A stretch of DNA of 64,000 bases. Origin: Candidatus Latescibacterota bacterium (lineage in GTDB: Bacteria > Krumholzibacteriota > Krumholzibacteriia > WVZY01 > JAKEHA01). Under the pieces are notes generated by a model. That model was not told the DNA's origin, did not search any database, and saw only the letters and a program-made list of their open reading frames with translations. Below, piece after piece: positions 23,225 through 33,103 of this stretch. The position numbers and the translations under genes were made by a program. Location: positions 1,248,001-1,312,000 of the forward strand of contig OY970173.1 of NCBI GenBank assembly GCA_963707635.1, read 5' to 3'. Numbering within the stretch: position 1 is the first letter of the stretch; the number at the start of each line of letters is the position of its first letter.

Positions 23225-25609
23225 ATGCCGCTCGCTCCCGGGAAGAAACTGGGCGCTTTGGTGTGCCTGTTGCTGGCACTTGCCGGGTGCGGCAAGACGC
23301 AGAAGGAAGCCCCGGCCCCGGCAGGTGTGGCCACCGGAATGGACCGGACGGTGCTTCCGATTGCGGCACCCAGGGATCCGGTCATTACCGAAATCGATGC
23401 GCGCAAGGCGACGGCACCGCCACGCTTCGAAGTCAAGGCGCCCGCAGGCGCCCCCAACGTCGTGATCGTCCTGATCGACGACATGGGTTTCGGCCACCCG
23501 GACACCTTCGGCGGTCCGGTGCACATGCCGACCTACACCGCGTTGGCGAACACCGGGCTGCGCTACAACCGTTTCCACACCACCGCGCTGTGTTCGCCCA
23601 CGCGCACAGCCTTATTGACGGGCCGCAATCATCACATCAACAATGCCGGCGCCATCATGGAGCTCGCGACCGCTTTTCCCGGCAACACCGGGATACGGCC
23701 CGGGAGCGTGGCCCCGCTGGCGGAGATCCTGCGCCTGAACGGGTACAGCACGGCGGCCTTCGGCAAGTACCACGAGACGCCGCCGTGGGAAGCCTCCGTC
23801 TCCGGGCCCCACGACCGCTGGCCCACGCGCTCGGGGTTCGACAAGTTCTACGGCTTCATCGGCGGCGAAACCAACCAGTGGGCGCCCGCGATCTACGACG
23901 GTGTGACGCGCGTCGAGCCGCCCCACGACCCGAACTACCACTTCACCACCGACATGACCAATCAGGCCATCGCGTGGATGCAGTTCCAGCACGCGCTCAC
24001 CCCGGACAAGCCCTTCTACATGTACTTTGCCACCGGCGCGACGCACGCGCCGCACCACGTGCCGAAGGAGTGGATCGCGAAATACAAGGGCAAGTTCGAC
24101 CAGGGGTGGGACAAGCTGCGCGAAGAGACGTTTGCGCGCCAGCTCGAGATGGGCGTGATCCCGGAGGGCACGAAACTGACCGCGCGCCCGGCGGAGATCC
24201 CGGCGTGGGATTCTCTCACTCCCGATCAGAAGCGGCTGTTTGCGCGGCAGATGGAAACATTCGCGGGATTTGGAGAACACACCGACCACGAAGTCGGGCG
24301 CCTGGTGGAAGCGCTCACCGACATGGGCGCCATGGATAACACGCTTTTCATCTTCATCGCCGGCGACAACGGCTCGAGCGCGGAAGGCGGCCCGGACGGC
24401 ACCTACAACGAGTCGCTGGCGCTCAACGGCATCGTGAGCGACGTGTCCTCGCAGCTGGCCCACATCGACGAATGGGGAGGCCCGAACACGTTCCCGCACT
24501 TCGCGGTGGGCTGGGCGCTCGCGGGCGACACGCCCTTCCAGTGGACCAAGCAGGTCGCGTCGCACTTCGGCGGCACCCGCAACTCGATGGTGATCCACTG
24601 GCCGGCGCGGCTGCCGAACGCCCACGGCGAGGTGCGCTCGCAGTTCAGCCACGTGATCGACATCGCGCCGACGGTCCTGGAAGCGGCCGGACTGCCGCAG
24701 CCGACAATGGTCGACGGGACGACGCAGTACCCGATGGACGGCGTCTCGATGGTGTATACCTTCGACGACCCCGCCGCGGCGGACCGTCACACCACGCAGT
24801 ACTTCGAGATGTTCGGCAACCGCGCCATCTACCACGACGGCTGGGTGGCGGCGACGCGCCACTCGATCCCGTGGCTGATGGTCCCGCAGCTTCCGCCCTT
24901 CGACCAGGACAAGTGGGAGCTCTACCATGTGGCGGAGGACTTCAGCCAGGCCAACGACCTGGCCGCGCAGAATCCACAAAAACTGAAAGAGCTGCAGGAC
25001 CTGTTCACGACGGAGGCGATCCGCAACCACGTGTACCCGCTCGACGACCGCCGCTCGGAGCGTTTCGACGCGAGAATTGCCGGTCGCCCCGACCTCATCG
25101 GGTCCCGGACCTCGCTGACCCTGCACGAGGGTATGACCGGAATCAGCGAGAACGCGTTCATCAATATCAAGGGCCGGTCGAGTGCAATCAGCGCCGAGAT
25201 CGACGTGCCGAGCGGAGGCGCGAACGGCGTGATCATCGCCCAGGCCGGTCGCTTCGGCGGGTGGAGTCTGTACATGAAGAACGGCCGCGTGCAACACGTC
25301 TACAACTTCGGCGGCCTGCAGCGATTCACCGTGGCGGCGCCGACTGCCCTCGCGCCGGGCCGCCACACCGTGTTGTACGAGTTTGTCTACGACGGCGGCA
25401 ATCCGGGCTCGGGCGGGACGAGCCGGCTGAGCGTGGACGGCAAGCAGGTCGGTGAGGTGCGTGTCGAGCACACCATGCCCTTCATTTACTCGGCCGACGA
25501 GGGAGTCGACGTGGGCGTGGACAACGAGACCCCGGTTACCGACGACTACAAGCAGGGCGCCAACAAGTTTACCGGCCGTGTGGTGAAGGTAACCGTCGAG
25601 GCGAAGTAA
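23225..25609 (+). CDS. arylsulfatase lipoprotein with C-terminal LamG-like extension
   Basis: Lipobox LALAGC; PNVVIVLIDDMGFG, LCSPTRTALLTG (CxPxR), GKYHE, GDNG; AGGAGG RBS. Confidence 0.93.
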   Translation: MPLAPGKKLGALVCLLLALAGCGKTQKEAPAPAGVATGMDRTVLPIAAPRDPVITEIDARKATAPPRFEVKAPAGAPNVVIVLIDDMGFGHPDTFGGPVHMPTYTALANTGLRYNRFHTTALCSPTRTALLTGRNHHINNAGAIMELATAFPGNTGIRPGSVAPLAEILRLNGYSTAAFGKYHETPPWEASVSGPHDRWPTRSGFDKFYGFIGGETNQWAPAIYDGVTRVEPPHDPNYHFTTDMTNQAIAWMQFQHALTPDKPFYMYFATGATHAPHHVPKEWIAKYKGKFDQGWDKLREETFARQLEMGVIPEGTKLTARPAEIPAWDSLTPDQKRLFARQMETFAGFGEHTDHEVGRLVEALTDMGAMDNTLFIFIAGDNGSSAEGGPDGTYNESLALNGIVSDVSSQLAHIDEWGGPNTFPHFAVGWALAGDTPFQWTKQVASHFGGTRNSMVIHWPARLPNAHGEVRSQFSHVIDIAPTVLEAAGLPQPTMVDGTTQYPMDGVSMVYTFDDPAAADRHTTQYFEMFGNRAIYHDGWVAATRHSIPWLMVPQLPPFDQDKWELYHVAEDFSQANDLAAQNPQKLKELQDLFTTEAIRNHVYPLDDRRSERFDARIAGRPDLIGSRTSLTLHEGMTGISENAFINIKGRSSAISAEIDVPSGGANGVIIAQAGRFGGWSLYMKNGRVQHVYNFGGLQRFTVAAPTALAPGRHTVLYEFVYDGGNPGSGGTSRLSVDGKQVGEVRVEHTMPFIYSADEGVDVGVDNETPVTDDYKQGANKFTGRVVKVTVEAK

Positions 25610-25632
25610 GGAACGCGCGCCATGCGGGAGAC

Positions 25633-26643
25633 ATGCCGGTGAAAGCGGACAAAAATGGCGACATCGACGCCCTCCTTGCCGGCGCGCGGCGCGTGATCGA
25701 CGAGGAGGTCGAGGGGCTCCAGGCCCTCCGCGACCGACTCGGCCCCGAGCTCGCGCGCGCCGTCGACGCCATTGCCGCCTGCCGCGGCCGCCTGATCGTC
25801 TCGGGCGTGGGCAAATCCGGTCAAATCGCGAAGAAGATCGCCAGCACGCTCACCTCGACGGGCACGCCCAGCTTCTACGTGCACGCCTTCGAAGCCGGTC
25901 ACGGCGAGCTCGGCCTCGTCCACGGGGGCGACGTCGTCATCATCGTCTCGAAGAGCGGCATGGGGGACGAACTCCGCGATTTCATTCCCGCGCTCAAGAA
26001 GCTCGGCGTTCCCATCATCGCGCTCACCGCGTCGCGTAGCAGCTACCTCGCGCAGCACAGCGACATCGTGCTCGATTTCGACGGGTCGAAGGAGGCCGGG
26101 TGTCTCGGCCTGGCGCCCACCACCAGTGCCACCGTGTCGCTGGTCCTGGGCCACGTGCTCGCGAGCGCGCTCATGGAGCGCCGGGGGTTCACCGCGGAGG
26201 AGTTCGCGCGCACGCATCCGGGCGGGATGCTGGGCCGGCGGCTCACGGTCACGGTGGCCGAGGTGATGCGGACCGGCAAGGCGATGCCGGTTGTGCGCGA
26301 GACGCAGACGCTGCGCGAGGCGCTCTTCGAGACGATGGAAAAGAGCATCGGCTGCACGGGAGTGGTCGACGCGCGCGGGGTGCTCACCGGCATCGTGACC
26401 GACGGCGACCTCAAGCGCATCATTACGCGTCGCGACGACGCGCTCGACCTCCCGGTCGGCGAAGTCATGACCCACAATCCCAAGACCATCGATGGAGGAA
26501 TTCTGGCGGCCGACGCGCTGGCGCGCATGGAGCTCAACCTTCCCGGTCCGCTCCTGATGTACTTCATCGTCGACGCCGATGGAAAGCCCGTCGGCCTGCT
26601 CCACCTGCACGACGTCCTGCGTGCAGGGCTCAAGACGGAATAG
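25633..26643 (+). CDS. kdsD: arabinose-5-phosphate isomerase (KpsF/GutQ, SIS + CBS domains)
   Basis: SGVGKSG, STGTPS, LAPTTS, HPGG.LG, CBS pair. Confidence 0.93.
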   Translation: MPVKADKNGDIDALLAGARRVIDEEVEGLQALRDRLGPELARAVDAIAACRGRLIVSGVGKSGQIAKKIASTLTSTGTPSFYVHAFEAGHGELGLVHGGDVVIIVSKSGMGDELRDFIPALKKLGVPIIALTASRSSYLAQHSDIVLDFDGSKEAGCLGLAPTTSATVSLVLGHVLASALMERRGFTAEEFARTHPGGMLGRRLTVTVAEVMRTGKAMPVVRETQTLREALFETMEKSIGCTGVVDARGVLTGIVTDGDLKRIITRRDDALDLPVGEVMTHNPKTIDGGILAADALARMELNLPGPLLMYFIVDADGKPVGLLHLHDVLRAGLKTE

Positions 26644-26682
26644 ACTCGCGATTGCGTATCGTGCAGGCGCCCTCCGTGGGGG

Positions 26683-27549
26683 TCAGCGCACGAGCGTGAC
26701 GCGGCCGACCGCGCGCGCGCGCCCCTCGACCTGCACGAGATAAATCCCGCTGGCCACCTGGTTGCCGGCGTCGTCGGTGCCGTCCCACGTCACCCGGGTC
26801 TCCCCCGCGGGCAGCATGCGATATCCCAGCGAACGAATCAGGCGCCCGTCGACGGAATAGACCGACAGCGCGACGCCGTCCGGCGCGGTCAGCGACACCT
26901 CGACCTGGGTTGCGGACGAGAACGGATTGGGGTAGCTCGCGAGCTTTGCCACCGGAAAGCGCGGAGCCACGCCCGTCGGGTCCGGCGTGCAGTTCATCGG
27001 CGACGGCGCCGAGTCCACGTCGTAGTCGGCCGCGGTGGTGCCCTTGGTCCCGATCTTCCGATGGATGGCCCCGTTCGTGAGCGCCGGCGGACACGGGCCG
27101 CTCCATTTCCCGACCGCCTCCGCCTGGGCCTTGCGGCTGCTATGCGGGTTCACTCCCCAGCATACGAAGTCGAGAATCTGGTTCGAGGTGTTGAACAAAG
27201 AACTCTTGAAGAGCTGGATCTCGCCGCCCGCCGCGTCATCGTCGAACGATGCCGGCCAGGGAACGGTCTTGTACGAACCCGCCGGCACCAGCACCGAGAC
27301 CTGCACGTACACGAAGGGGGAGCAGAACCAGTACCCGGTGGTGTTGAAGTCGGCGTTGGTCGTGTTGAATATCTCGATGTACCCGCCCGGTCCCGGTTTG
27401 ATCTCCGAGATCACGATCGCGGGAAGTCCCTCCGCGCCGAAAGCACCGCTGCCGTCGTCGAGTGCGTCCAGCGGTTGAGCGCACTGCGCGTGCACGTCGG
27501 TGGAGACGAAAAAAGCGATGAGCAGCGCAGGCAGGAGAATACGACGCAT
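26683..27549 (-). CDS. secreted protein with lamin-tail-like domain and C-terminal FlgD-Ig / T9SS type A CTD-like domain
   Basis: Signal peptide MRRILL...VHA-Q; IVISEI...YIEIFN; C-terminal YPNPF...VYSVDGRLIRSL...WDGTDDAG.QVASGIYLV. Confidence 0.8.
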   Translation of the reverse strand: MRRILLPALLIAFFVSTDVHAQCAQPLDALDDGSGAFGAEGLPAIVISEIKPGPGGYIEIFNTTNADFNTTGYWFCSPFVYVQVSVLVPAGSYKTVPWPASFDDDAAGGEIQLFKSSLFNTSNQILDFVCWGVNPHSSRKAQAEAVGKWSGPCPPALTNGAIHRKIGTKGTTAADYDVDSAPSPMNCTPDPTGVAPRFPVAKLASYPNPFSSATQVEVSLTAPDGVALSVYSVDGRLIRSLGYRMLPAGETRVTWDGTDDAGNQVASGIYLVQVEGRARAVGRVTLVR

Positions 27550-27673
27550 GGGTGGCACCTCGGGTTGTGTGTGAATTAACGTTATCAAGTGTAGTGCTTG
27601 GGAATTCTCCGATCCACCGCGAACCTGTGCGCGCTGCGCCGTGACCAAACCCAACCGCCTGCCCGCCAACAAC

Positions 27674-27690
27674 TTGGCATACTGGTTGCT
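27674..27690 (+). promoter_or_regulatory. sigma54 (-24/-12) site
   Basis: TTGGCAT-ACTGG-TTGCT matches TGGCAY-N5-TTGCW; abuts TTGACA at 27690-27695. Confidence 0.6.
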
Positions 27691-27794
27691 TGACAACCCG
27701 GCTCGGATGTGCTAACTAATGTAATGCGAACGATTTTGGCCGGTTTTGCTATCGACAGAACGGCCGGTTTCCTGGCACATTCGATGGGGACGAC

Positions 27795-28736
27795 GTGGCG
27801 CGGACCCGAAAAAAAATAAAGCGCGCGATGGAGGTTCTCGCCGTCAACGCGCTGATCGGGATCGCGCGGGCGACCCCGCGCCGGGTCGGCCTGGCGATGT
27901 TCGCCGCGACGGGCTTGCTCGCCGCGCGGTGCTTCCCGCGCGATCGTCGCCGCGCGGTCGACAACCTCGGGCTCGCGTTTCTGGACGCGCCGGCGCCGAT
28001 TCGCCAGGCGCTCGCGTCGGCGACATTCAAGGCGTTCGGGCGAAACGTGTACGAGTTCCTCCGGCTCGATGGCGCGTCGAAAGAACGCGTCGTCGCGCGC
28101 GTCGAACGGGTCGAAGGCCTCGAGCATCTCACCGGGGCGGTTCGGCGCGGCAAGGGCGTCCTCGTGATAACGGGGCACATAGGGTGCTGGGAACTCGTGC
28201 CGGCGTATTTCGCGGCGACGGGCTACGCGGTTACGGTGGTGGGACGGCGCATGCGCGTCGAGCGGCTGAACCGGCGTCTGGTCGATATTCGCCGCCGGCT
28301 GGGCGTGCAGACGCTCGATCGCGACGACAATCCGCGCCCGATGATCGAGATCCTGCGGCGCGGCGACCCGATCGGCGTGCTGATCGACCAGCACACGAGC
28401 GTGGCAGGCGTATGGGTCCCGTTCTTCGGCCGCCCCGCGTACACGCCCACGGCGGTGGCGAAGCTGGCGCTCGCGACCGGTGCGGCCATCGTGCCGATGG
28501 CGATCTTCATGAACGCGCGCGGCCGCCACGTGATTCACGTGCAGCCGGAGATCGACGTGGCGCGACTCGGCGACGGCGATCGCGAGACGACGGTGCGCGC
28601 GATCACGGCGGCGTGTTCGCTCGCGCTGGAGCGCCTGATCCGGATCGACCCCAAGCAGTGGGTGTGGTTCCACGAGCGCTGGCGGGAACCGAAGCCGGAA
28701 GGGCGGGCGGAGGTGGCGTATGCGGCGCAGCGCTGA
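27795..28736 (+). CDS. lipid A late acyltransferase (LpxL/HtrB family)
   Basis: TGHIGCWE (H-x4-E), LIDQ, VPFFGRPA, P.QWVWFHERW. Confidence 0.9.
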   Translation: MARTRKKIKRAMEVLAVNALIGIARATPRRVGLAMFAATGLLAARCFPRDRRRAVDNLGLAFLDAPAPIRQALASATFKAFGRNVYEFLRLDGASKERVVARVERVEGLEHLTGAVRRGKGVLVITGHIGCWELVPAYFAATGYAVTVVGRRMRVERLNRRLVDIRRRLGVQTLDRDDNPRPMIEILRRGDPIGVLIDQHTSVAGVWVPFFGRPAYTPTAVAKLALATGAAIVPMAIFMNARGRHVIHVQPEIDVARLGDGDRETTVRAITAACSLALERLIRIDPKQWVWFHERWREPKPEGRAEVAYAAQR

Positions 28737-29271
28737 AGCCCTGGTGGCGCTCGCGCTCGCGGTCGGAATCGCCGCGTGCGGCAAGCAGGGGGGCGAGCAG
28801 GCGCCGGTCGAAGGCCTGCAACTCCCCGACGAAACCGTGATGGAGTTCAAGACCCAGGAGACCGACAGCGGGCGCGTGCGCTGGACGCTCAAGGCGCCGC
28901 GCGCGGACCGCTTCAACGCGAAGAACGTGTTCGTCATGGCCGATCCGAAGATCGAGTTCTACGACGAGATGGGGAACCTGCAGACGACGCTGACGGCCAG
29001 GAACGGCGAGTATTCGCTTATCAGCCACGACCTGTTGGCCTACGGACACGTGGTGGCGGTGTCGACCAAGGGGGAAGTGCTGGAGACCGACAGCCTGCGC
29101 TACCTGAACACGACCGACAAGATCGTGAGCGACAGTTTCGTCAAGCTCACGCGCGGCAGCGACGTGATCACCGGCATCGGCATGGAGTGCGACCACACGC
29201 TGGATACGGTGGACATCAAGAAAAACGTGCGCGCACGCATCATCGAAGAAGATGGAAAGTTCGCCGAGTAA
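28720..29271 (+). CDS. lptC: LPS export periplasmic protein LptC
   Basis: Lipobox-like IAAC; beta-jellyroll-like sequence (L.TDSL.Y, I.SD..V.L...ITG.GM); directly upstream of lptB. Confidence 0.8.
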   Translation: MRRSAEALVALALAVGIAACGKQGGEQAPVEGLQLPDETVMEFKTQETDSGRVRWTLKAPRADRFNAKNVFVMADPKIEFYDEMGNLQTTLTARNGEYSLISHDLLAYGHVVAVSTKGEVLETDSLRYLNTTDKIVSDSFVKLTRGSDVITGIGMECDHTLDTVDIKKNVRARIIEEDGKFAE

Positions 29272-30037
29272 CCTCGCAGAGACGTCCCCCGACGGACCGG
29301 TGCCGGTGACCGCGCGCGCCCGGCTCTCGACCGAGTCGGTGGCGAAGGTCTACGGCCGCCGCCGGGTCGTGAGCAACGTGAGCATCGAGGTCAACGGCGG
29401 CGAGATCGTCGGCCTGCTGGGCCCCAACGGCGCCGGCAAGACGACGACGTTCTACATGATCGTCGGCATGATCCAGCCCAACGAGGGCCGCATCGTGGTC
29501 GATGGCGAGGACATCACCCACATGCCGATGTACCGGCGCGCGCGCCTGGGGATCGGCTACCTCCCGCAGGAGCCGTCGATCTTTCGGGGGTTGAGCGTGG
29601 AGGACAATCTGATGGCGGTGATCGAGACCATGCCGTACGCGCGTGCCGAGCGCAAGGGCGTGCTCGACCGCCTGCTCGACCAGCTCGACATCGGCTCGAT
29701 CCGCAAGAGTCTGGGCTACCAGCTCTCGGGCGGGGAGCGGCGGCGCGTGGAGATCACACGGGCGCTGGTGACGAAACCGAAATTCATGCTGCTGGACGAG
29801 CCGTTCGCCGGCATCGACCCGATCGCGGTGCAGGATTTGCAAGGCATCGTCAAGAAGCTCAGGGAGCAGGGGCTGGGAATCCTGATCACGGACCACAACG
29901 TGCGCGACACGTTGAGCATAACCGACCGTGCCTACATCATGTACGAGGGCAGCATCAAACGTACGGGCACGGCCATGGAGCTCGCGGCGGACGCGGAAGT
30001 GCGGGAGATTTACCTCGGAAACTCGTTCCGACTGTAG
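29252..30037 (+). CDS. lptB: LPS export ABC transporter ATPase
   Basis: GPNGAGKTTTFYM, GYLPQEPSIFR, LSGGERRRVEI, LDEPFAGIDP, ITDHNVR. Confidence 0.96.
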   Translation: MESSPSNLAETSPDGPVPVTARARLSTESVAKVYGRRRVVSNVSIEVNGGEIVGLLGPNGAGKTTTFYMIVGMIQPNEGRIVVDGEDITHMPMYRRARLGIGYLPQEPSIFRGLSVEDNLMAVIETMPYARAERKGVLDRLLDQLDIGSIRKSLGYQLSGGERRRVEITRALVTKPKFMLLDEPFAGIDPIAVQDLQGIVKKLREQGLGILITDHNVRDTLSITDRAYIMYEGSIKRTGTAMELAADAEVREIYLGNSFRL

Positions 30038-30061
30038 GAAAGCAGCCAGGGTGGTCGGTTT

Positions 30062-31552
30062 ATGGACATGAAGATCGGTCTACATCTGCGGCAGCGCCAG
30101 CAGCTGGTCATGACGCCCAAGCTCCAGCAGGCGCTGAAGCTGCTCCAGATGCCATCGATCGAGCTCCAGCAGATGCTCAAGCAGGAGATCATGGAGAACC
30201 CCCTGCTCGAGGAGATCGAGGACTTCGAGGAGACCGCCGAAGAGGAGGCCGTCGAGCCCTCCGCGGACGGGGACGGCAATGCCCCCGAGGCGACGGCCGA
30301 GCCGCCCGAGGCGCCGGTCGAGAAGGGCGAGGAAGACTCCGAGACCAAGCCGGACGGCGGGGAGGCGGGGGCGGAGACGGTGGACTGGGACGAGTACTTC
30401 AACGAAGGGTTCGAGCTCGGCCAGGCAGGCGCCGAGGAGGAGCGGCAGGAGGAATTCTTCGAGAAGGTGCCGGTCGCCAAGCGGTCGTTCACCGACCAGC
30501 TCATGGGGCAGCTGCGCATCGCCACCGACGACCCGCGCATGCGGACGATCGGCGATTACATCATCGGTTCGCTCGACGAGAGCGGCTATCTCACCTGCGA
30601 CCTGGAGGAGATTGCAAACACGTTCGGCGTGTCGGTCGCAGAGATCGACCACGTGCTCGAATTGATCCAGTCCTTCGACCCGGCCGGCGTGGGCGCCAGG
30701 AACCTGCAGGAGTGCCTCCTGCTGCAACTGCGCGCGCGCGGCGCCGAGGACTCGATGGCGGCGACCATCGTGCGCGACCACTTCGGCGAGTTCAAACAGA
30801 AGAAATACGTCGAGATCGCGCGCAAGCTGCGGGTGACGGTCCAGGAACTCCAGGACCAGTGCAAGCTCATCAGCACGCTCGACCCCAAGCCGGGCCTCGA
30901 AGTCGTCGCCGAGGACCCGAAGTACGTGATTCCCGACCTGGTGGTCGAGACCGTGGACGGCAAATACGTCGTCTATTTGAACGACCGCAACGTTCCGCGC
31001 CTGCGCGTGAGCCAGGCCTATCACGACGAGCTGATGCGCGAAGTGCGCGACGGCGACAGTGCGGCGCGCGAGTTCATCAACGCGCGCCTGAAGTCGGCCA
31101 AGTGGCTCATCCAGACCATCGAGCAGCGCCGCCGCACCATGGTCAAGGTGATGGAGTGCATTGTGCGCAAGCAGCGCGACTTCTTCGACAAGGGCACGGC
31201 GTTCTTGAAGCCGCTGACCTTGCAGCAGGTGGCCAGCGAGATCAACATGCACGAGTCGACCGTCAGCCGCGTCACCACCAACAAGTACGTGCAGACGCCG
31301 CGCGGCGTGTTCGAGCTCAAGTTCTTCTTCTCGTCGAGCCTGGGCACGCAGGACGGCGGCGAGGTGTCGGCGAAGAGCGCCAAGGACCGGATCCGGCGCA
31401 TCATCGAGGCCGAGACCGTCCGGGTGCCGCTGTCCGACCAGAAGATCGCCGACATCCTGAAGAAGGAAGGGTTGAACATCGCCCGGCGAACCGTGGCCAA
31501 GTATCGTGAGCAGCTCAATATCCTCCCGGCGCGTATGCGCAAGACATACTAG
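30062..31552 (+). CDS. rpoN: RNA polymerase sigma-54 factor
   Basis: Region I QQLVMTPKLQQALKLLQ, HESTVSRV, RpoN box ARRTVAKYRE. Confidence 0.98.
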   Translation: MDMKIGLHLRQRQQLVMTPKLQQALKLLQMPSIELQQMLKQEIMENPLLEEIEDFEETAEEEAVEPSADGDGNAPEATAEPPEAPVEKGEEDSETKPDGGEAGAETVDWDEYFNEGFELGQAGAEEERQEEFFEKVPVAKRSFTDQLMGQLRIATDDPRMRTIGDYIIGSLDESGYLTCDLEEIANTFGVSVAEIDHVLELIQSFDPAGVGARNLQECLLLQLRARGAEDSMAATIVRDHFGEFKQKKYVEIARKLRVTVQELQDQCKLISTLDPKPGLEVVAEDPKYVIPDLVVETVDGKYVVYLNDRNVPRLRVSQAYHDELMREVRDGDSAAREFINARLKSAKWLIQTIEQRRRTMVKVMECIVRKQRDFFDKGTAFLKPLTLQQVASEINMHESTVSRVTTNKYVQTPRGVFELKFFFSSSLGTQDGGEVSAKSAKDRIRRIIEAETVRVPLSDQKIADILKKEGLNIARRTVAKYREQLNILPARMRKTY

Positions 31553-31569
31553 CGATCCGCGCGTCGGGC

Positions 31570-31597
31570 TTGCCGCGCGCGCAGAAGCGGCTATATT
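31570..31597 (+). promoter_or_regulatory. possible internal sigma70 promoter for hpf-hprK-PTS
   Basis: TTGCCG-N16-TATATT in a 224-nt intergenic gap. Confidence 0.4.
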
Positions 31598-31776
31598 TGA
31601 TAGTGGTGCGAGATGATTCTGGTCACCGCGTTTGCAGTCCGACCGCGCTACTCCCGTCGCCATCACAGGCCACAAACCGTGCTATTGCTTCCGATCCCGG
31701 GGGCCGGCCGCCCGCCCCGCTTCGGCCATCCCATGCAGTCCCGCCCGATACATTTCTTATCGAGAAAGGGGTCGCC

Positions 31777-32115
31777 ATGAACATCACCACGACCGCAAGG
31801 CACTACGATCTGACACCCGCGCTGAAGGACTACGCGGAGGGGAAGGTCCACAATCTCAAACGCTACTTCGACCACATCGTGAACGCGCACCTGATATTCT
31901 CGCTCGAAAAGTACCGCCAGTGCGTGGAGATCACGCTGCACGCCAACGGCAAGGACTTCGTGAGCGAATCCGAGTCCGAGGACATGTACCTCTCCGTCGA
32001 CCGCGCCGTGGACAAGCTCGAACAACAGATCAGGCGCTACGCCGGGCGGCTGAAGAAGCGCAAGCGCGCGCAGGGGCTGGGCGAGGTTTCGGGCGGGGTC
32101 GTCGAGGGAGAATGA
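31777..32115 (+). CDS. hpf: ribosome hibernation promoting factor (short HPF/RaiA)
   Basis: MNITTTARH.DLTPALKDY, DMYLSVDRAVDKLEQQIRR. Confidence 0.92.
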   Translation: MNITTTARHYDLTPALKDYAEGKVHNLKRYFDHIVNAHLIFSLEKYRQCVEITLHANGKDFVSESESEDMYLSVDRAVDKLEQQIRRYAGRLKKRKRAQGLGEVSGGVVEGE

Positions 32116-32119
32116 GCCG

Positions 32120-33103
32120 GTGAGCACGACGCCCAAGAAGACCATCACGGTTCGCCAGCTGCTCCTGGACACGCGGGAGGTGCTGGCGCTGGAGCAGGTC
32201 AACGGCGTCGACGAAGGCCCCATCCCCATCACCGTCACCGACATCCACCGCCCGGGTCTGGCGCTCGCCGGGTTCATGCAGAACTACCTGAACGAGCGCA
32301 TTCAGGTCCTGGGCGAGACCGAAGTCCTCTACCTCAACACCCGCGCCGACGACGTCCGCCGCGAGGCGGTCGACCGCCTGTTCTCCGCGCCGCTGGTGTG
32401 CATCATCGTGACGCGCTCCCTGGACATTCCCAGGGAACTGCTGCAGGCGGCGACCCGGCACCACGTGCCGGTGTTGCGCAGCGCGATGCTCACGACCCCG
32501 TTCATCCACCAGCTCACGAAGTACCTGGACGACGTCTTCGCGGACTCGTGCGAGATCCACGGCACCCTGGTCGACGTGTACGGGGTCGGGCTCCTGTTCA
32601 GCGGCCGCAGCGGCATCGGCAAGAGCGAGATTGCGCTCGACCTGATCGAACGGGGCCACCGGCTGGTGGCCGACGACACCGTCCACGTCACCAAGATCGC
32701 GGACGACGTGCTGATCGGACGGGGCAACCAGCACCTGCGGCACTTCATGGAGATCCGGGGTATCGGCATTATCAATGTTCAGGACCTCTTCGGCATCCGG
32801 TCGGTCCGGGTGCAGAAGCGCATCGAGGTGGAGGTCCTGCTGGACGACTGGGACCCGAAGAAGGACTGGAACCGCGCCGGCCTCGAGGAACGCGCCACCA
32901 CCATTCTCGGTGTCCAGCTGCCGCAGGTCGTAATTCCGCTTTTCCCGGGGAAGAACATCACGGTAATCTCGGAAGTAATCGCGATGAATCACATGTTGAA
33001 AGTCTACGGCGTCAACGCCGCCGAGAAGTTCAACACGCTGCTCATCGACATCATGAAGAGCGACCGGCAAACGAGGCAGTATTTGCGATACGACACTGAA
33101 TGA
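32120..33103 (+). CDS. hprK: HPr(Ser) kinase/phosphorylase
   Basis: HGTLVDVYGVG, GRSGIGKSEIALDL, HRLVADD, MEIRGIGII. Confidence 0.97.
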   Translation: MSTTPKKTITVRQLLLDTREVLALEQVNGVDEGPIPITVTDIHRPGLALAGFMQNYLNERIQVLGETEVLYLNTRADDVRREAVDRLFSAPLVCIIVTRSLDIPRELLQAATRHHVPVLRSAMLTTPFIHQLTKYLDDVFADSCEIHGTLVDVYGVGLLFSGRSGIGKSEIALDLIERGHRLVADDTVHVTKIADDVLIGRGNQHLRHFMEIRGIGIINVQDLFGIRSVRVQKRIEVEVLLDDWDPKKDWNRAGLEERATTILGVQLPQVVIPLFPGKNITVISEVIAMNHMLKVYGVNAAEKFNTLLIDIMKSDRQTRQYLRYDTE

